Assembly (NCBI GenBank): GCA_964624155.1
Contig: CAZUWM010000003.1
Coordinates: forward strand, 1 to 61,396
Direction of reading: 5' to 3'
From: an uncultured Planctomycetales bacterium
Lineage (GTDB): Bacteria; Omnitrophota; Gorgyraeia; Aquiviventales; Aquiviventaceae
Length of the DNA stretch: 61,396 nt
The position numbers were made by a program, and so were the translations under genes. Each line of letters begins with the position of its first letter. Position 1 is the stretch's first letter. Below, in pieces: positions 17,867 to 26,835 of the stretch. The notes under the pieces are model-generated. The model made no database searches, was not told where the DNA came from, and was given only the letters and a program-made list of their open reading frames with translations.

Positions 17867-18367
17867 TTACTTCAGCGTCTCCGCGGCGACCAATTCCCCA
17901 CTGCTGGCTGAGAGATCCTGGTAGGGCGCCAACTGGGCCCACGTCTTCTTGCCCACAATCCCATCGACCGTTAAGCCATGGACCCGCTGGAATTCTCGGA
18001 GGGCTTCACGGGTGAGGGGTCCCATTTTGCCGTCAATCGATCCTTGATAGAAGCCGGCGTTCTTGAGGGCTTGCTGGATTTCTTTCGTCGACGGCTTCGC
18101 CCAGGATCTGACTGGTGTGGCGGTTCCGCGCTCGGCACTCGGCAGAGTTGGAGGACTCGTCGCTGTCGCCACGGCATCCGAGGATTGGCTGTCCAGGGGC
18201 TGCTCGGTGACCTCACGGGTGCTCACCCGTTCGAGCTGGGTGATGCGTCGATCGAGCAGATCCATGGTCGCTTGCAATCGATTGATGGTTTGTGCCGTAC
18301 GCGGTCCTGCGCATCCACTGATCGCGACCGCGATCAACGAGATCCCCAGTACCTCATGCCTTCGCAT
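17867..18367 (-). CDS. Lipoprotein with a peptidoglycan-binding (PG_binding_1) domain
   Basis: Lipobox ISGC, coiled coil, IQQALKNAGFYQGSIDGKMGPLT..FQ..GLTVDGIVGKKTW. Confidence 0.9.
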   Translation of the reverse strand: MRRHEVLGISLIAVAISGCAGPRTAQTINRLQATMDLLDRRITQLERVSTREVTEQPLDSQSSDAVATATSPPTLPSAERGTATPVRSWAKPSTKEIQQALKNAGFYQGSIDGKMGPLTREALREFQRVHGLTVDGIVGKKTWAQLAPYQDLSASSGELVAAETLK

Positions 18368-18410
18368 CAGTCATCCCTCCAGCCGTTTGTCGTTAGTCTA
18401 CCAAAGCGAC

Positions 18411-19286
18411 TTATGAATGTCGAGAGGACGGTTCAAGTTGAAACGTGGTATGCGTGATGCCGAATCGTTCAGCGAGGAGACGGTTGACTGCCGACAACAC
18501 CTCCGAACCTCGTGAGAGCTGGTCAACCGTCAGATGGCCGCTCATCGCCTCCATGCCGGTCGTGATCGTCCACAGGTGGAGATCGTGGATATCCACCACC
18601 CCCTCGACGGCTCGGATGGCGGTGACCACCTTCGCGACACTGAGGTGAGCGGGGGCGCCTTCCAATAAGATGTTCACGGAGCGCTTGACCAGCAGCCAGG
18701 CGTTGATCGCAATCAGGCCGCCGATGAAGAGACTCACGAGGGGGTCGGCGTGGCGCCACCCCTTGAAGCGAATCAGCAGCCCCGCCGTGATCACCCCCAC
18801 CGACCCCAGGGCATCGCTCAGGACATGCAGCCAGGCTCCTTGAACGTTCAAGCTGGCCAGCCGGGCATGAAAGAGGATCCGACCACTGATGAGATTGGCC
18901 GCCAAGCCCAAGCAGGCGGCCAGCAACATCGGGCCGGTCAAAATCTCCGGAGGGTGTTGGAGACGTTGGATCGCGCGCAGAACGATCCACACCACCAGCA
19001 GACAGAGGGCTATGCCGTTGATGAGTGCCGCGAGGATTTCGGTACGGTAATAGCCGTAGGTTTTCTCCGGCGTGGCGGGCCGTGCAGCCATCCACGCGGC
19101 AAACAAACTCAATCCCAACGCCAGCGTGTCGGTGACCATGTGACCCGCGTCAGCCAACAACGCCAGGCTTCCGCTGATGAGGCCTGCAATGATTTCGATA
19201 ACCATGATGAGCGCGGTGATCATCATGGCAAGCGCCAGTTGACGCAGCCCCCCGTCCCCTGGTCGCTGATGCGGATGGACGCTCAT
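18411..19286 (-). CDS. czcD: Cation diffusion facilitator (CzcD-like)
   Basis: SLALLADAGHM, TYGYYRTE, HVLSDALGS, DLHLWTIT, HTTFQLE. Confidence 0.9.
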   Translation of the reverse strand: MSVHPHQRPGDGGLRQLALAMMITALIMVIEIIAGLISGSLALLADAGHMVTDTLALGLSLFAAWMAARPATPEKTYGYYRTEILAALINGIALCLLVVWIVLRAIQRLQHPPEILTGPMLLAACLGLAANLISGRILFHARLASLNVQGAWLHVLSDALGSVGVITAGLLIRFKGWRHADPLVSLFIGGLIAINAWLLVKRSVNILLEGAPAHLSVAKVVTAIRAVEGVVDIHDLHLWTITTGMEAMSGHLTVDQLSRGSEVLSAVNRLLAERFGITHTTFQLEPSSRHS

Positions 19287-20383
19287 CCCGCCTCGGCCGT
19301 CAATTGGTCGAGCCGCTCAAGGAACCGTTTCGGTGGCAGGAACCCCTGAATGCGCAAGTCCGGCCGTTCTCTGCCCTGCACATCGAAGAGCAGAAGCGTC
19401 GGAACCCCATACACGTCGTAGTGCTCGAAGAGTTGTTCCGCTTCCCGCGAGACGCCGCCGGTGGCATCGACCCGCAGGGTGACCACCGAGGATAACCGCT
19501 GCACGACGTCCGGGTGTCGAAACGTCACGTGATCCATTTCCACACACGGCAGACACCAGTCCGCATAGATATCCACGAGCACCGGTTGTCCGCTCTGCCG
19601 AGCTTGCTCCAATCTCGCGTAGCTGTAGGGCTGCCAGACGACCCCCGCCTGACTCCTGGCGGGCAGGGCAGAGGTGGCGGTTCTTCCAGCGGTCGCGTTG
19701 CGCTGACGCGCAGCGATCCCGAGCAAATAGACGCTGAAGGCGATGAGGACGACACCCAGCGCCCGCTTACTCCACACCAGCCACTTGCCGGCTTTAGGCA
19801 GTTGCGTCACGCGATGCGCCATCACGCCGAGGACAATATAGGGTAGGCCCATCCCGATGCCAGTCGTCAAGAGCAACCCGAATCCCAAGACGGGATTGCC
19901 GACTTGACTGACGACCAACAACAACGACAACAGAAACGGGCCGATGCAGGGCGCGGCAATCAAACCGACCGTCAGTCCCATGACCAACGCCCCCAGAGGA
20001 CCCGCGGTCGCTCGCCCAAACCGCTGGGCAAGCCATCGGGGCGGCTGCAGCTCATACAATCCAAACATGCTCAAGGCCAGCGCGATGATAAGTGCCGCGA
20101 CCAGCATGAGCACGGCGGGATGCTGCAACCACGAGCCGAACAACGCGCCCGTCTGCGCAGCGAGCGTACCGAGCAGCGCGTACATCAGCGAGATGCCGGC
20201 GACGTAGGCCACCCCAAGCCACACGACATAGCCGGTGCGCCCCTGACCTTGGCCGCTGAAGAAGGCGACGGTCACCGGCACCATCGGATAGACGCAGGGC
20301 GTCAGATTCAAGGCGAGGCCCGAGAGGAACGCCGCCAGGAACCACACCCAGATGGCTTGACTCTGAAAGAGTGACTCAAGCAT
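19283..20383 (-). CDS. DsbD/CcdA transmembrane domain with C-terminal thioredoxin
   Basis: LTPCVYPM, AAPCIGP, DIYADWCLPC, GVPT. Confidence 0.9.
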   Translation of the reverse strand: MLESLFQSQAIWVWFLAAFLSGLALNLTPCVYPMVPVTVAFFSGQGQGRTGYVVWLGVAYVAGISLMYALLGTLAAQTGALFGSWLQHPAVLMLVAALIIALALSMFGLYELQPPRWLAQRFGRATAGPLGALVMGLTVGLIAAPCIGPFLLSLLLVVSQVGNPVLGFGLLLTTGIGMGLPYIVLGVMAHRVTQLPKAGKWLVWSKRALGVVLIAFSVYLLGIAARQRNATAGRTATSALPARSQAGVVWQPYSYARLEQARQSGQPVLVDIYADWCLPCVEMDHVTFRHPDVVQRLSSVVTLRVDATGGVSREAEQLFEHYDVYGVPTLLLFDVQGRERPDLRIQGFLPPKRFLERLDQLTAEAG

Positions 20384-20404
20384 GGAGGCGATTGATGACT
20401 TCCA

Positions 20405-21406
20405 TTATATCGTGAGGATGCCCTCTTGGCGAAACCATCCGACGGCCCGGCGGATGGCTTCGTCAATCGGCGTCTGGGGTAGATTGAGCTCGCGAAGGGC
20501 TTTCGCGTTGTCCAACTGTTGGCCGGTGCGGCTCAGATGGACAACCTGCCGAGGCAACCACGGCTCACGCCGCGTCATCCCCGCCACCGCTTCACTCCCC
20601 CAGGCCAGAACTCGTGCGACCGACTGAGGAATCTCCCACCGCGGAGGCGCGACACCGGCGATCGTCGCGACGAGTCGAGCGAATTCGCTCACCCTCAGAT
20701 GCCGACAGGCCAGTAGATAGCGCTCGCCGACGCGTCCCCCTTCGGCGGCGCGCACATGTCCCACACCGACATCGCCGGTGTAGATCGCATTGAAGGCATA
20801 GTCGAGATAGAACGGCAGGCGATATTTGGCGAATGCCAGCACGGCGCGGCCGGAAAAACGATGGGCGTCATACTCGCCGATGCACAGACTGGGATTGACG
20901 ACCACGACCGGCAGTCCCTCGCTGGCAAACCGAAGCGCCTCGTGCTCCATGGCGATCTTCACCGTGGCGTAGAGGGGACGCCAATGCGTCAACGGCCACG
21001 GCTCACGATCCGCTTCATTCGCGAGCCGACCGGGCACTTGACGGATCGTCGCGGCACTGCTCGTAAAGACCACGCGCGAAGGCCGCGTCTGCTGCAGGTG
21101 TCGCATCAAGCGCCTGACCGAGTCGATCCCGTGCGCCACGGCGTCATCCCGCCGCGCGTGGATGCGTGGATAGTAGCCCGCAGCGCCGAAGACCCACTCG
21201 CATCCGTCAAGTGCTTCCTGCAGCCCATCGTCCTGATCCAGATCGAGCTGCACGCGCTCAATCGGCAGTCCCTCAAGCACGGAGAGGAATCGGGGATTGC
21301 GATAAGCCGCGCGCACGGTGTGGCCGTCCGCCAGCAACGCCCGCACGATATGCGCCCCGATATGTCCGGTGGCCCCTAAGACGAGTGCGCGAACTGCGTC
21401 TTTTAT
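20405..21406 (-). CDS. NAD-dependent epimerase/dehydratase (HpnA/DFR-like); start codon non-canonical or lost
   Basis: GATGHIG lies upstream of the first GTG (21346); FTSS, YATVK, VNPS..IGEYD. An in-frame ATA is at 21406. Confidence 0.75.
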   Translation of the reverse strand: MKDAVRALVLGATGHIGAHIVRALLADGHTVRAAYRNPRFLSVLEGLPIERVQLDLDQDDGLQEALDGCEWVFGAAGYYPRIHARRDDAVAHGIDSVRRLMRHLQQTRPSRVVFTSSAATIRQVPGRLANEADREPWPLTHWRPLYATVKIAMEHEALRFASEGLPVVVVNPSLCIGEYDAHRFSGRAVLAFAKYRLPFYLDYAFNAIYTGDVGVGHVRAAEGGRVGERYLLACRHLRVSEFARLVATIAGVAPPRWEIPQSVARVLAWGSEAVAGMTRREPWLPRQVVHLSRTGQQLDNAKALRELNLPQTPIDEAIRRAVGWFRQEGILTI

Positions 21407-21440
21407 TGTTGAGCCTGTGAGTTTCTGTTTTGACTTGAAC

Positions 21441-22016
21441 CTATTGAGAGGCGGGTTCTGAGGCGACTTGGACGCGATCTAAATCCTGAATGAATCGCTT
21501 CAGAGGGCGGTACCACGGATACTGATCGTCAAATCCCAACGCCTTCGCTTCGGCATAGGCTTGCTCGGCGCTCCATCCTTCTTCGAGCACGCGGTAACTG
21601 GCCATCAGCGCTCCGGTTCGTAACTGACCCTGCCGACAATGCACGAACACGGGTTGTCGTCGAGGATCGGTCACGACGGCCAGGAACGTTTTGACCTCAA
21701 CGTCCGACGGTTCCTCGTAGTTCGAGAGCGGAAGACTGACGAAGTCAAGACCCAGCGCGTGAGCCTGCTTGGTTTCCTGGGTAATGAGTCGAGGGGGCAC
21801 CCGCAGCGACACAATGGTTTTGACTCCCATTGTTTTGAGCGCCCGTAGGCCGGCTGCATCGGGTTGCGCGCCGCGGTAAATACCCGGAGCGACGTATTGG
21901 AAGTTGTTGATGAGCGCCGATTGGGAAGGTTGTTGAATCGCAGTCGGACTCGCGCATCCCGAGAGGCAAAGGAGAGCAACCAACGCGACCCACATGGGCT
22001 TTATCATAACACTCAA
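21441..22016 (-). CDS. Tyrosine/dual-specificity phosphatase family lipoprotein
   Basis: IYRGAQP, VFVHCRQGQLRTG (CX5R), lipobox LSGC. Confidence 0.88.
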   Translation of the reverse strand: MSVMIKPMWVALVALLCLSGCASPTAIQQPSQSALINNFQYVAPGIYRGAQPDAAGLRALKTMGVKTIVSLRVPPRLITQETKQAHALGLDFVSLPLSNYEEPSDVEVKTFLAVVTDPRRQPVFVHCRQGQLRTGALMASYRVLEEGWSAEQAYAEAKALGFDDQYPWYRPLKRFIQDLDRVQVASEPASQ

Positions 22017-22040
22017 TCACTTAATCACTCAATCACTTAA

Positions 22041-23330
22041 TCACGGATTGTCAGGTAGGCGGTTCGTGCGGCACACGTCAGCGAATCGGCGGGCACTCTC
22101 CCGCACCCGACGCGCCTGGGTGGAGTAGTCCACCTCGATCAAGCCGAAGCGCGGCGTGTAGCCGTGCGCCCACTCGAAGTTATCGAGCAGCGACCAGTAG
22201 AGATAGCCGATCACCGGCACACCCTCTTGAACCGCCCGCCCCACCCAGCGCAGGTGATTGAGGATAAACCGCGTGCGCTGGGCGTCGTCCGTCGTGCAGA
22301 TGCCGTTTTCGGTGATCAACACCGGCAGGCGATACGGCACCGTCCATTGCAGGATCTGCCGGATGCCGGGAGGATAGACATCCCACTCCAGGAAATTCCG
22401 CTCAGTCACGTTCGTGTGATGGCGCGTGCTGCATCGGCTGCCCCACCACAAGGAACCGACGAGCGAGGATCGCAGGAAGACGCGCCCATAATAGTTCATG
22501 CCGATGAAGTCCAGCGACCCGCGAGCCTCCGGGATGCGCACGCGAGGGAACCCTGGAAACTTCCACTCCCCCTCGACCAACGCCTTCAGAAATCGCTGAT
22601 TGTAGACGTGCTCGGCGAATCCGGCGGCCACGCGGTCGATCGGCCACCAGGGACGGCACGGCGGAAACGGCTGGGCGTGATTGGCCAGGCTCACCCGAAC
22701 ATCCCACCTGCTGGCCTTGGCGACGTGGTGGATGAGCTGCGAGCTGACGGCGTGCGCGCGAATGAGGTGCTCGACGACGCGGACAAACAGCCGGACGTTG
22801 TTGCGTTCCCCCGGCGGTCCCACCCCATCCAGATAGTGCATGACCGCATAGACCATCGGCTCATTGATCGTCAGCCAATACCGCACCTGATCCCCCAGCG
22901 CCTCCACGACGCGTTGGGTGAAGCGGGCAAACGCCTCAACGACCTTTGGATTCGTCCATCCACCCTGATTCGCAAGCCACAGCGGATTGGTGTAATGATG
23001 GAGGGTGACGAGCGGCTCCAACCCCCGCTCGCGAAGCGCCGCGATCACCTCGCGGTAGTGGGCGATGGCGGTCTCGTCAAACTCCCCTTCCCTGGGTTCG
23101 ATGCGGCTCCACTCGAGCGAGAAGCGGTGGGCGGTATGGTGCAGCGACTTCGCGAGGTCGAAGTCTTCACGAAACCGACGATACTGATCGCACGCAAGAC
23201 CTGAGGGCTCTTTCACCTTCCCTGCCTGCTCCCAGACCCACCAATCGTTATTGGTGTTATGTCCTTCAACCTGATGAGCCGAAGTGGCCGACCCCCACAA
23301 GAAGCCTGACGGAAAGAGGATATCACCCAT
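22041..23330 (-). CDS. Glycoside hydrolase family 1 (beta-glucosidase)
   Basis: GSATSAHQVEG, RFSLEWSRIEP, TINEP, ITENG, DNFEW. Confidence 0.95.
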   Translation of the reverse strand: MGDILFPSGFLWGSATSAHQVEGHNTNNDWWVWEQAGKVKEPSGLACDQYRRFREDFDLAKSLHHTAHRFSLEWSRIEPREGEFDETAIAHYREVIAALRERGLEPLVTLHHYTNPLWLANQGGWTNPKVVEAFARFTQRVVEALGDQVRYWLTINEPMVYAVMHYLDGVGPPGERNNVRLFVRVVEHLIRAHAVSSQLIHHVAKASRWDVRVSLANHAQPFPPCRPWWPIDRVAAGFAEHVYNQRFLKALVEGEWKFPGFPRVRIPEARGSLDFIGMNYYGRVFLRSSLVGSLWWGSRCSTRHHTNVTERNFLEWDVYPPGIRQILQWTVPYRLPVLITENGICTTDDAQRTRFILNHLRWVGRAVQEGVPVIGYLYWSLLDNFEWAHGYTPRFGLIEVDYSTQARRVRESARRFADVCRTNRLPDNP

Positions 23331-23366
23331 AAGATGCTAGATGTTGGATCTATCACCTATCACCAA

Positions 23367-24185
23367 TCACCCATCACCTTCGTTGAGGATGTGCACGATC
23401 TGCTTCGCGAAGGAGGGATGCGCAAGAATCATTTGTGGACCGCTGAACGAGGGGCGGCCCGAGAAGTCGCACATTACGCGCCCGGTCGCGCGGGCGAAGG
23501 CGGCCATCGGCGCGATGTCCCACACCTTGACGCCGTACTCGATCACCGCATCGACATAGCCGCGGATCAACCAGAGATGGCCGGCGCAGTCGCCGTAGGC
23601 TCGTTCAAGAAAACACGACTTGACCAATCGCTGAAACCCGTTCCAATACGGCGTCGGCATCCACCATTTTGAGCCGCCGTGGAAGATCGCCGCATCACGC
23701 AGCGCCGGCGGCCTCGGGGCTCGCGGCAATAACACGCGAAGGCGGCCCTGGCGCTCATAGGGGGGCGTTCGAAGCCCGACACCGATGAACGTCTTCAACG
23801 CCGGAAACCGGCAGGCGCCGAGGACGGGCTTGCCCCGTTCGACGCGCCCGATCAGGGTGCCCCACGTCGGCAGTCCGCGCGAGAAGGCGCGCGTGCCGTC
23901 GATCGGATCGACCGTCCAGTACGTCGCCCTCGGTTGCGCGGACGGCCCTGCCTGCGTCCACCCTGGAGGCAGGCCGAGCTCCTCTCCGACGATGACCTCG
24001 CCGGGAAAGGCGCGCCCCAGCTCGCGGCGCAGGAACTCCTCGATCGTGCGGTCCGCAATCGTGACCGGTGACTGATCGGACTTGCGCTCAACACGCAGGC
24101 GGGTGCGGAAATAGCGCAGGGCGATCCGCTGGCACTCGGCCGTTTTCGCTTCAGCCCACTCTAAACGTTCATCGCGCAGACGCAT
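23367..24185 (-). CDS. Inositol monophosphatase family / histidinol-phosphatase (HisN-like)
   Basis: KSDQSPVTIAD, GEE, DPIDGTRAF, WDIA. Confidence 0.85.
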   Translation of the reverse strand: MRLRDERLEWAEAKTAECQRIALRYFRTRLRVERKSDQSPVTIADRTIEEFLRRELGRAFPGEVIVGEELGLPPGWTQAGPSAQPRATYWTVDPIDGTRAFSRGLPTWGTLIGRVERGKPVLGACRFPALKTFIGVGLRTPPYERQGRLRVLLPRAPRPPALRDAAIFHGGSKWWMPTPYWNGFQRLVKSCFLERAYGDCAGHLWLIRGYVDAVIEYGVKVWDIAPMAAFARATGRVMCDFSGRPSFSGPQMILAHPSFAKQIVHILNEGDG

Positions 24186-26439
24186 GTCGGATCAGGTTGA
24201 GGGCGGAGCCGGCCTTGAACCAGCAGATCTGTTCGTCGGTCAGCGAATGTCCCAGCGTGATTGTCGTCGTCCCGTCGGGCCGGTGGACGATCGCCGTCAC
24301 CGGTTTGCCGGGCGCCAACGCCTTCAAGCCGGTGAGGCTGATGCGAACGTCCGATTGGATCGCGTCGTAATCCGCCGACTTCGTCAACGTCAGCGGCAGG
24401 ATGCCCTGTTTCTTCAGATTCGTTTCATGTAACCGGGCGAAACTTTTGGCGATCACCGCCTTGCACTTCAGGTGGCGGGGCGACATCGCAGCGTGCTCGC
24501 GGCTTGAGCCTTCGCCGTAGTTGTCATCACCCACCGCCACCCATCCCAATCCTTCCGCTTTGTAGTGACGCGCAACTTCCGGGATGGGCTTTTCCTTCCC
24601 ATCGAGCTGATCGATCGCCGTACCGGTCTTGCCGGTAAAGACATTCTCCGCCGCGGTAAACATGTTGTCGCTGATCTTATCCAAATGGCCGCGAAATCGC
24701 AGCCACTTGCCTGCCGGCGAGATGTGATCGGTGGTACATTGGCCTGCCACTTTGATCAATACCGGCAGACGTTCGAAGTCGAGCCCGTTCCACGGCCGAA
24801 ATGGCTCCAACACTTGCAACCGTTCGCTGCCCGTCGGCACGAGCACGGCGATCGTCTTGCGCTCTGTCTCCGGCAGGGGCGGCAAGAAACCCTCCGTACC
24901 CTGCGCGAATCCATTGGACGGTAGCTCCGGTGCCGACGGGGCTTCGAGTGTGACCATTCGACCGTCCGGAGCCTTCAGGGGATCGGCCAATGGATTGAAT
25001 CGCAAGTCCGCCGCAAGCGCCATGGCGGTGACGATCTCCGGACTGCCCATGAATGCCAGCGTCTCGGCGGAGCCATCGTTACGTCGTGGGAAGTTGCGGT
25101 TAAACGAGGTCAAGATCGAATTAACCTCGCCGGACGTGATGTCGTCCCGTTTCCACTGACCGATGCATGGCCCGCAGGCGTTGGCCAGTACCGTGCCGCC
25201 GATCGCCTCGAGCGCTTTCAATTGTCCGTCGCGTTGGATCGTCTGATAAATCTGATCCGAGCCCGGCGTGATCAAGAAATAACACTTCGCTTTCAAGCCG
25301 GCTCGCCGCGCTTGCTCGGCCACCGCCGCGGCCCGCCCGATATCCTCGTAGGAGGAATTCGTGCAACTGCCAATCAGCGCCACCTTGATCTGCGGCGGCC
25401 AGCCACCCTGTTCGAGGTCCTTGCCCAACTGCGAGATGGGACGCGCCGCATCGGGTGAGCGCGGCCCCACGATGTACGGCTCAAGGGTGGTCAGATCAAT
25501 CTCGATGATCTCATCAAAGAATCGCTTCGGATCGTGCTCGACCTCCGGATCCGCGATCAGCGAAGCGCGATGCTGCTCGGCCAGTTGCGTAAGTTCCGTA
25601 CGATCCGTGGCGCGCAGATACGTGCTCATCCGCTCATCAAATGGAAACACTGAGGTCGTCGCCCCCAGCTCCGCGCCCATGTTGGTGATCGTCGCCTTAC
25701 CGGTGCAACTGATCGACGCCGTGCCGGGGCCGAAATATTCGATGATCTTGTTCGTCCCGCCCTTGGTCGTCAGGAGGCCGCATACTTTTAGGATCACGTC
25801 CTTCGGCGAAGTCCACCCCTGAAGCCGTCCGGTCAGATGCACGCCGACGAGTTTGGGACACTTCACTTCCCACGGAAGGCCTGACATCACATCCGCCGCA
25901 TCCGCCCCCCCGACCCCGATGGCCAGCATCCCCAGGCCGCCGGCATTGGGCGTGTGCGAATCGGTGCCGATGATCAACCCGCCGGGAAACGCGTATTGTT
26001 CAAGGAACACCTGGTGGATGATGCCGGCCCCTGGCTGCCAGAACCCCATCCCATAGCGCTGCGAGGCGGAGCGCAGGAAATCGTAGACCTCGCGGTTCGC
26101 TTCCAGGGCCGCTTTCATGTCGTCGGAGGCCCCGACGCGCGCCTGGATGAGATGGTCGCAGTGGACCGTCGTCGGCACCGCTACGGTGTCGCGCCCCGCC
26201 AACATGAACTGGAGGATCGCCATCTGAGCGGTGGCATCCTGCATGATCACCCGGTCGGGATAGAGCGTGAGGTAACTCGTGCCGCGGACAAACTCTTGAG
26301 TGGCCGGATCCGCGACATGGGCGGCGAGGATTTTCTCCGAAAGCGTCAGCGGCCGCCCCAACCGCTTGCGCAGCACGACCTGTTTCTCCGCCAGCCTCGT
26401 GTACAAGGTCTTGATCGCGTCGATCTCTACGGCGGTCAT
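24169..26439 (-). CDS. Aconitate hydratase (mitochondrial-type AcnA family)
   Basis: MQDATAQMA, HCDHLI, DSHTPNAGG, IGSCTNSSYED, NACGPCIGQW, TTDHISPAG, GSSREHAA. Confidence 0.93.
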   Translation of the reverse strand: MTAVEIDAIKTLYTRLAEKQVVLRKRLGRPLTLSEKILAAHVADPATQEFVRGTSYLTLYPDRVIMQDATAQMAILQFMLAGRDTVAVPTTVHCDHLIQARVGASDDMKAALEANREVYDFLRSASQRYGMGFWQPGAGIIHQVFLEQYAFPGGLIIGTDSHTPNAGGLGMLAIGVGGADAADVMSGLPWEVKCPKLVGVHLTGRLQGWTSPKDVILKVCGLLTTKGGTNKIIEYFGPGTASISCTGKATITNMGAELGATTSVFPFDERMSTYLRATDRTELTQLAEQHRASLIADPEVEHDPKRFFDEIIEIDLTTLEPYIVGPRSPDAARPISQLGKDLEQGGWPPQIKVALIGSCTNSSYEDIGRAAAVAEQARRAGLKAKCYFLITPGSDQIYQTIQRDGQLKALEAIGGTVLANACGPCIGQWKRDDITSGEVNSILTSFNRNFPRRNDGSAETLAFMGSPEIVTAMALAADLRFNPLADPLKAPDGRMVTLEAPSAPELPSNGFAQGTEGFLPPLPETERKTIAVLVPTGSERLQVLEPFRPWNGLDFERLPVLIKVAGQCTTDHISPAGKWLRFRGHLDKISDNMFTAAENVFTGKTGTAIDQLDGKEKPIPEVARHYKAEGLGWVAVGDDNYGEGSSREHAAMSPRHLKCKAVIAKSFARLHETNLKKQGILPLTLTKSADYDAIQSDVRISLTGLKALAPGKPVTAIVHRPDGTTTITLGHSLTDEQICWFKAGSALNLIRHASAR

Positions 26440-26511
26440 TGCGTTCTCCGATCTTCATTATATATCAACTCACCCCCATACGCATCTTCACCACTTTGCT
26501 GTGGCAACCGC

Positions 26512-26540
26512 TTGATGGTCCAAGAAGAATGAGGTATAAT
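26512..26540 (+). promoter_or_regulatory. Sigma70 promoter of the riboswitch leader
   Basis: TTGATG(26512)-N17-TATAAT(26535) in an AT-rich intergenic region. Confidence 0.65.
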
Positions 26541-26621
26541 TACTTTACAATTTAGAAGTTTAGAAAAGGTTAGGTAATCTCACGATAAATCCGCCACAGG
26601 GCATGGCGGACCCGCCAGGCA

Positions 26622-26749
26622 AGTTGGCGGGGGCAAATCCCGAGCGATCGGGAGACGTCCTGAAAGGGATCCCCCCAGGGTTGATTCGCGAGCGAATCAT
26701 GGGGGGGCAAAGCCGCGGATCCTACGAACGGACAGCCGGGCTGCCGAAC
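26622..26749 (+). ncRNA. c-di-GMP-I (GEMM)-like riboswitch with a 50-nt insertion
   Basis: GGCAAA-TCCCGA-GCGA-TCGGGA-GAC-[26657-26706]-GCAAAGCCGCGG..GGACAGCCGGGCTGCCGAA matches the GEMM layout. Confidence 0.75.
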
Positions 26750-26823
26750 CCTTCGACAGGCTCAGGGTTCAGTCCTGAGCAGAGTCGAAGGACCGAAGAG
26801 AATCGGCAGCCCGGTTTTTGTTT
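26736..26823 (+). terminator. Intrinsic terminator overlapping the aptamer 3' strand
   Basis: CCGGGCTGCCGA (26736-47) pairs perfectly with TCGGCAGCCCGG (26803-14), followed by TTTTTGTTT. Confidence 0.75.
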
Positions 26824-26835
26824 CTACGAGGTCTG

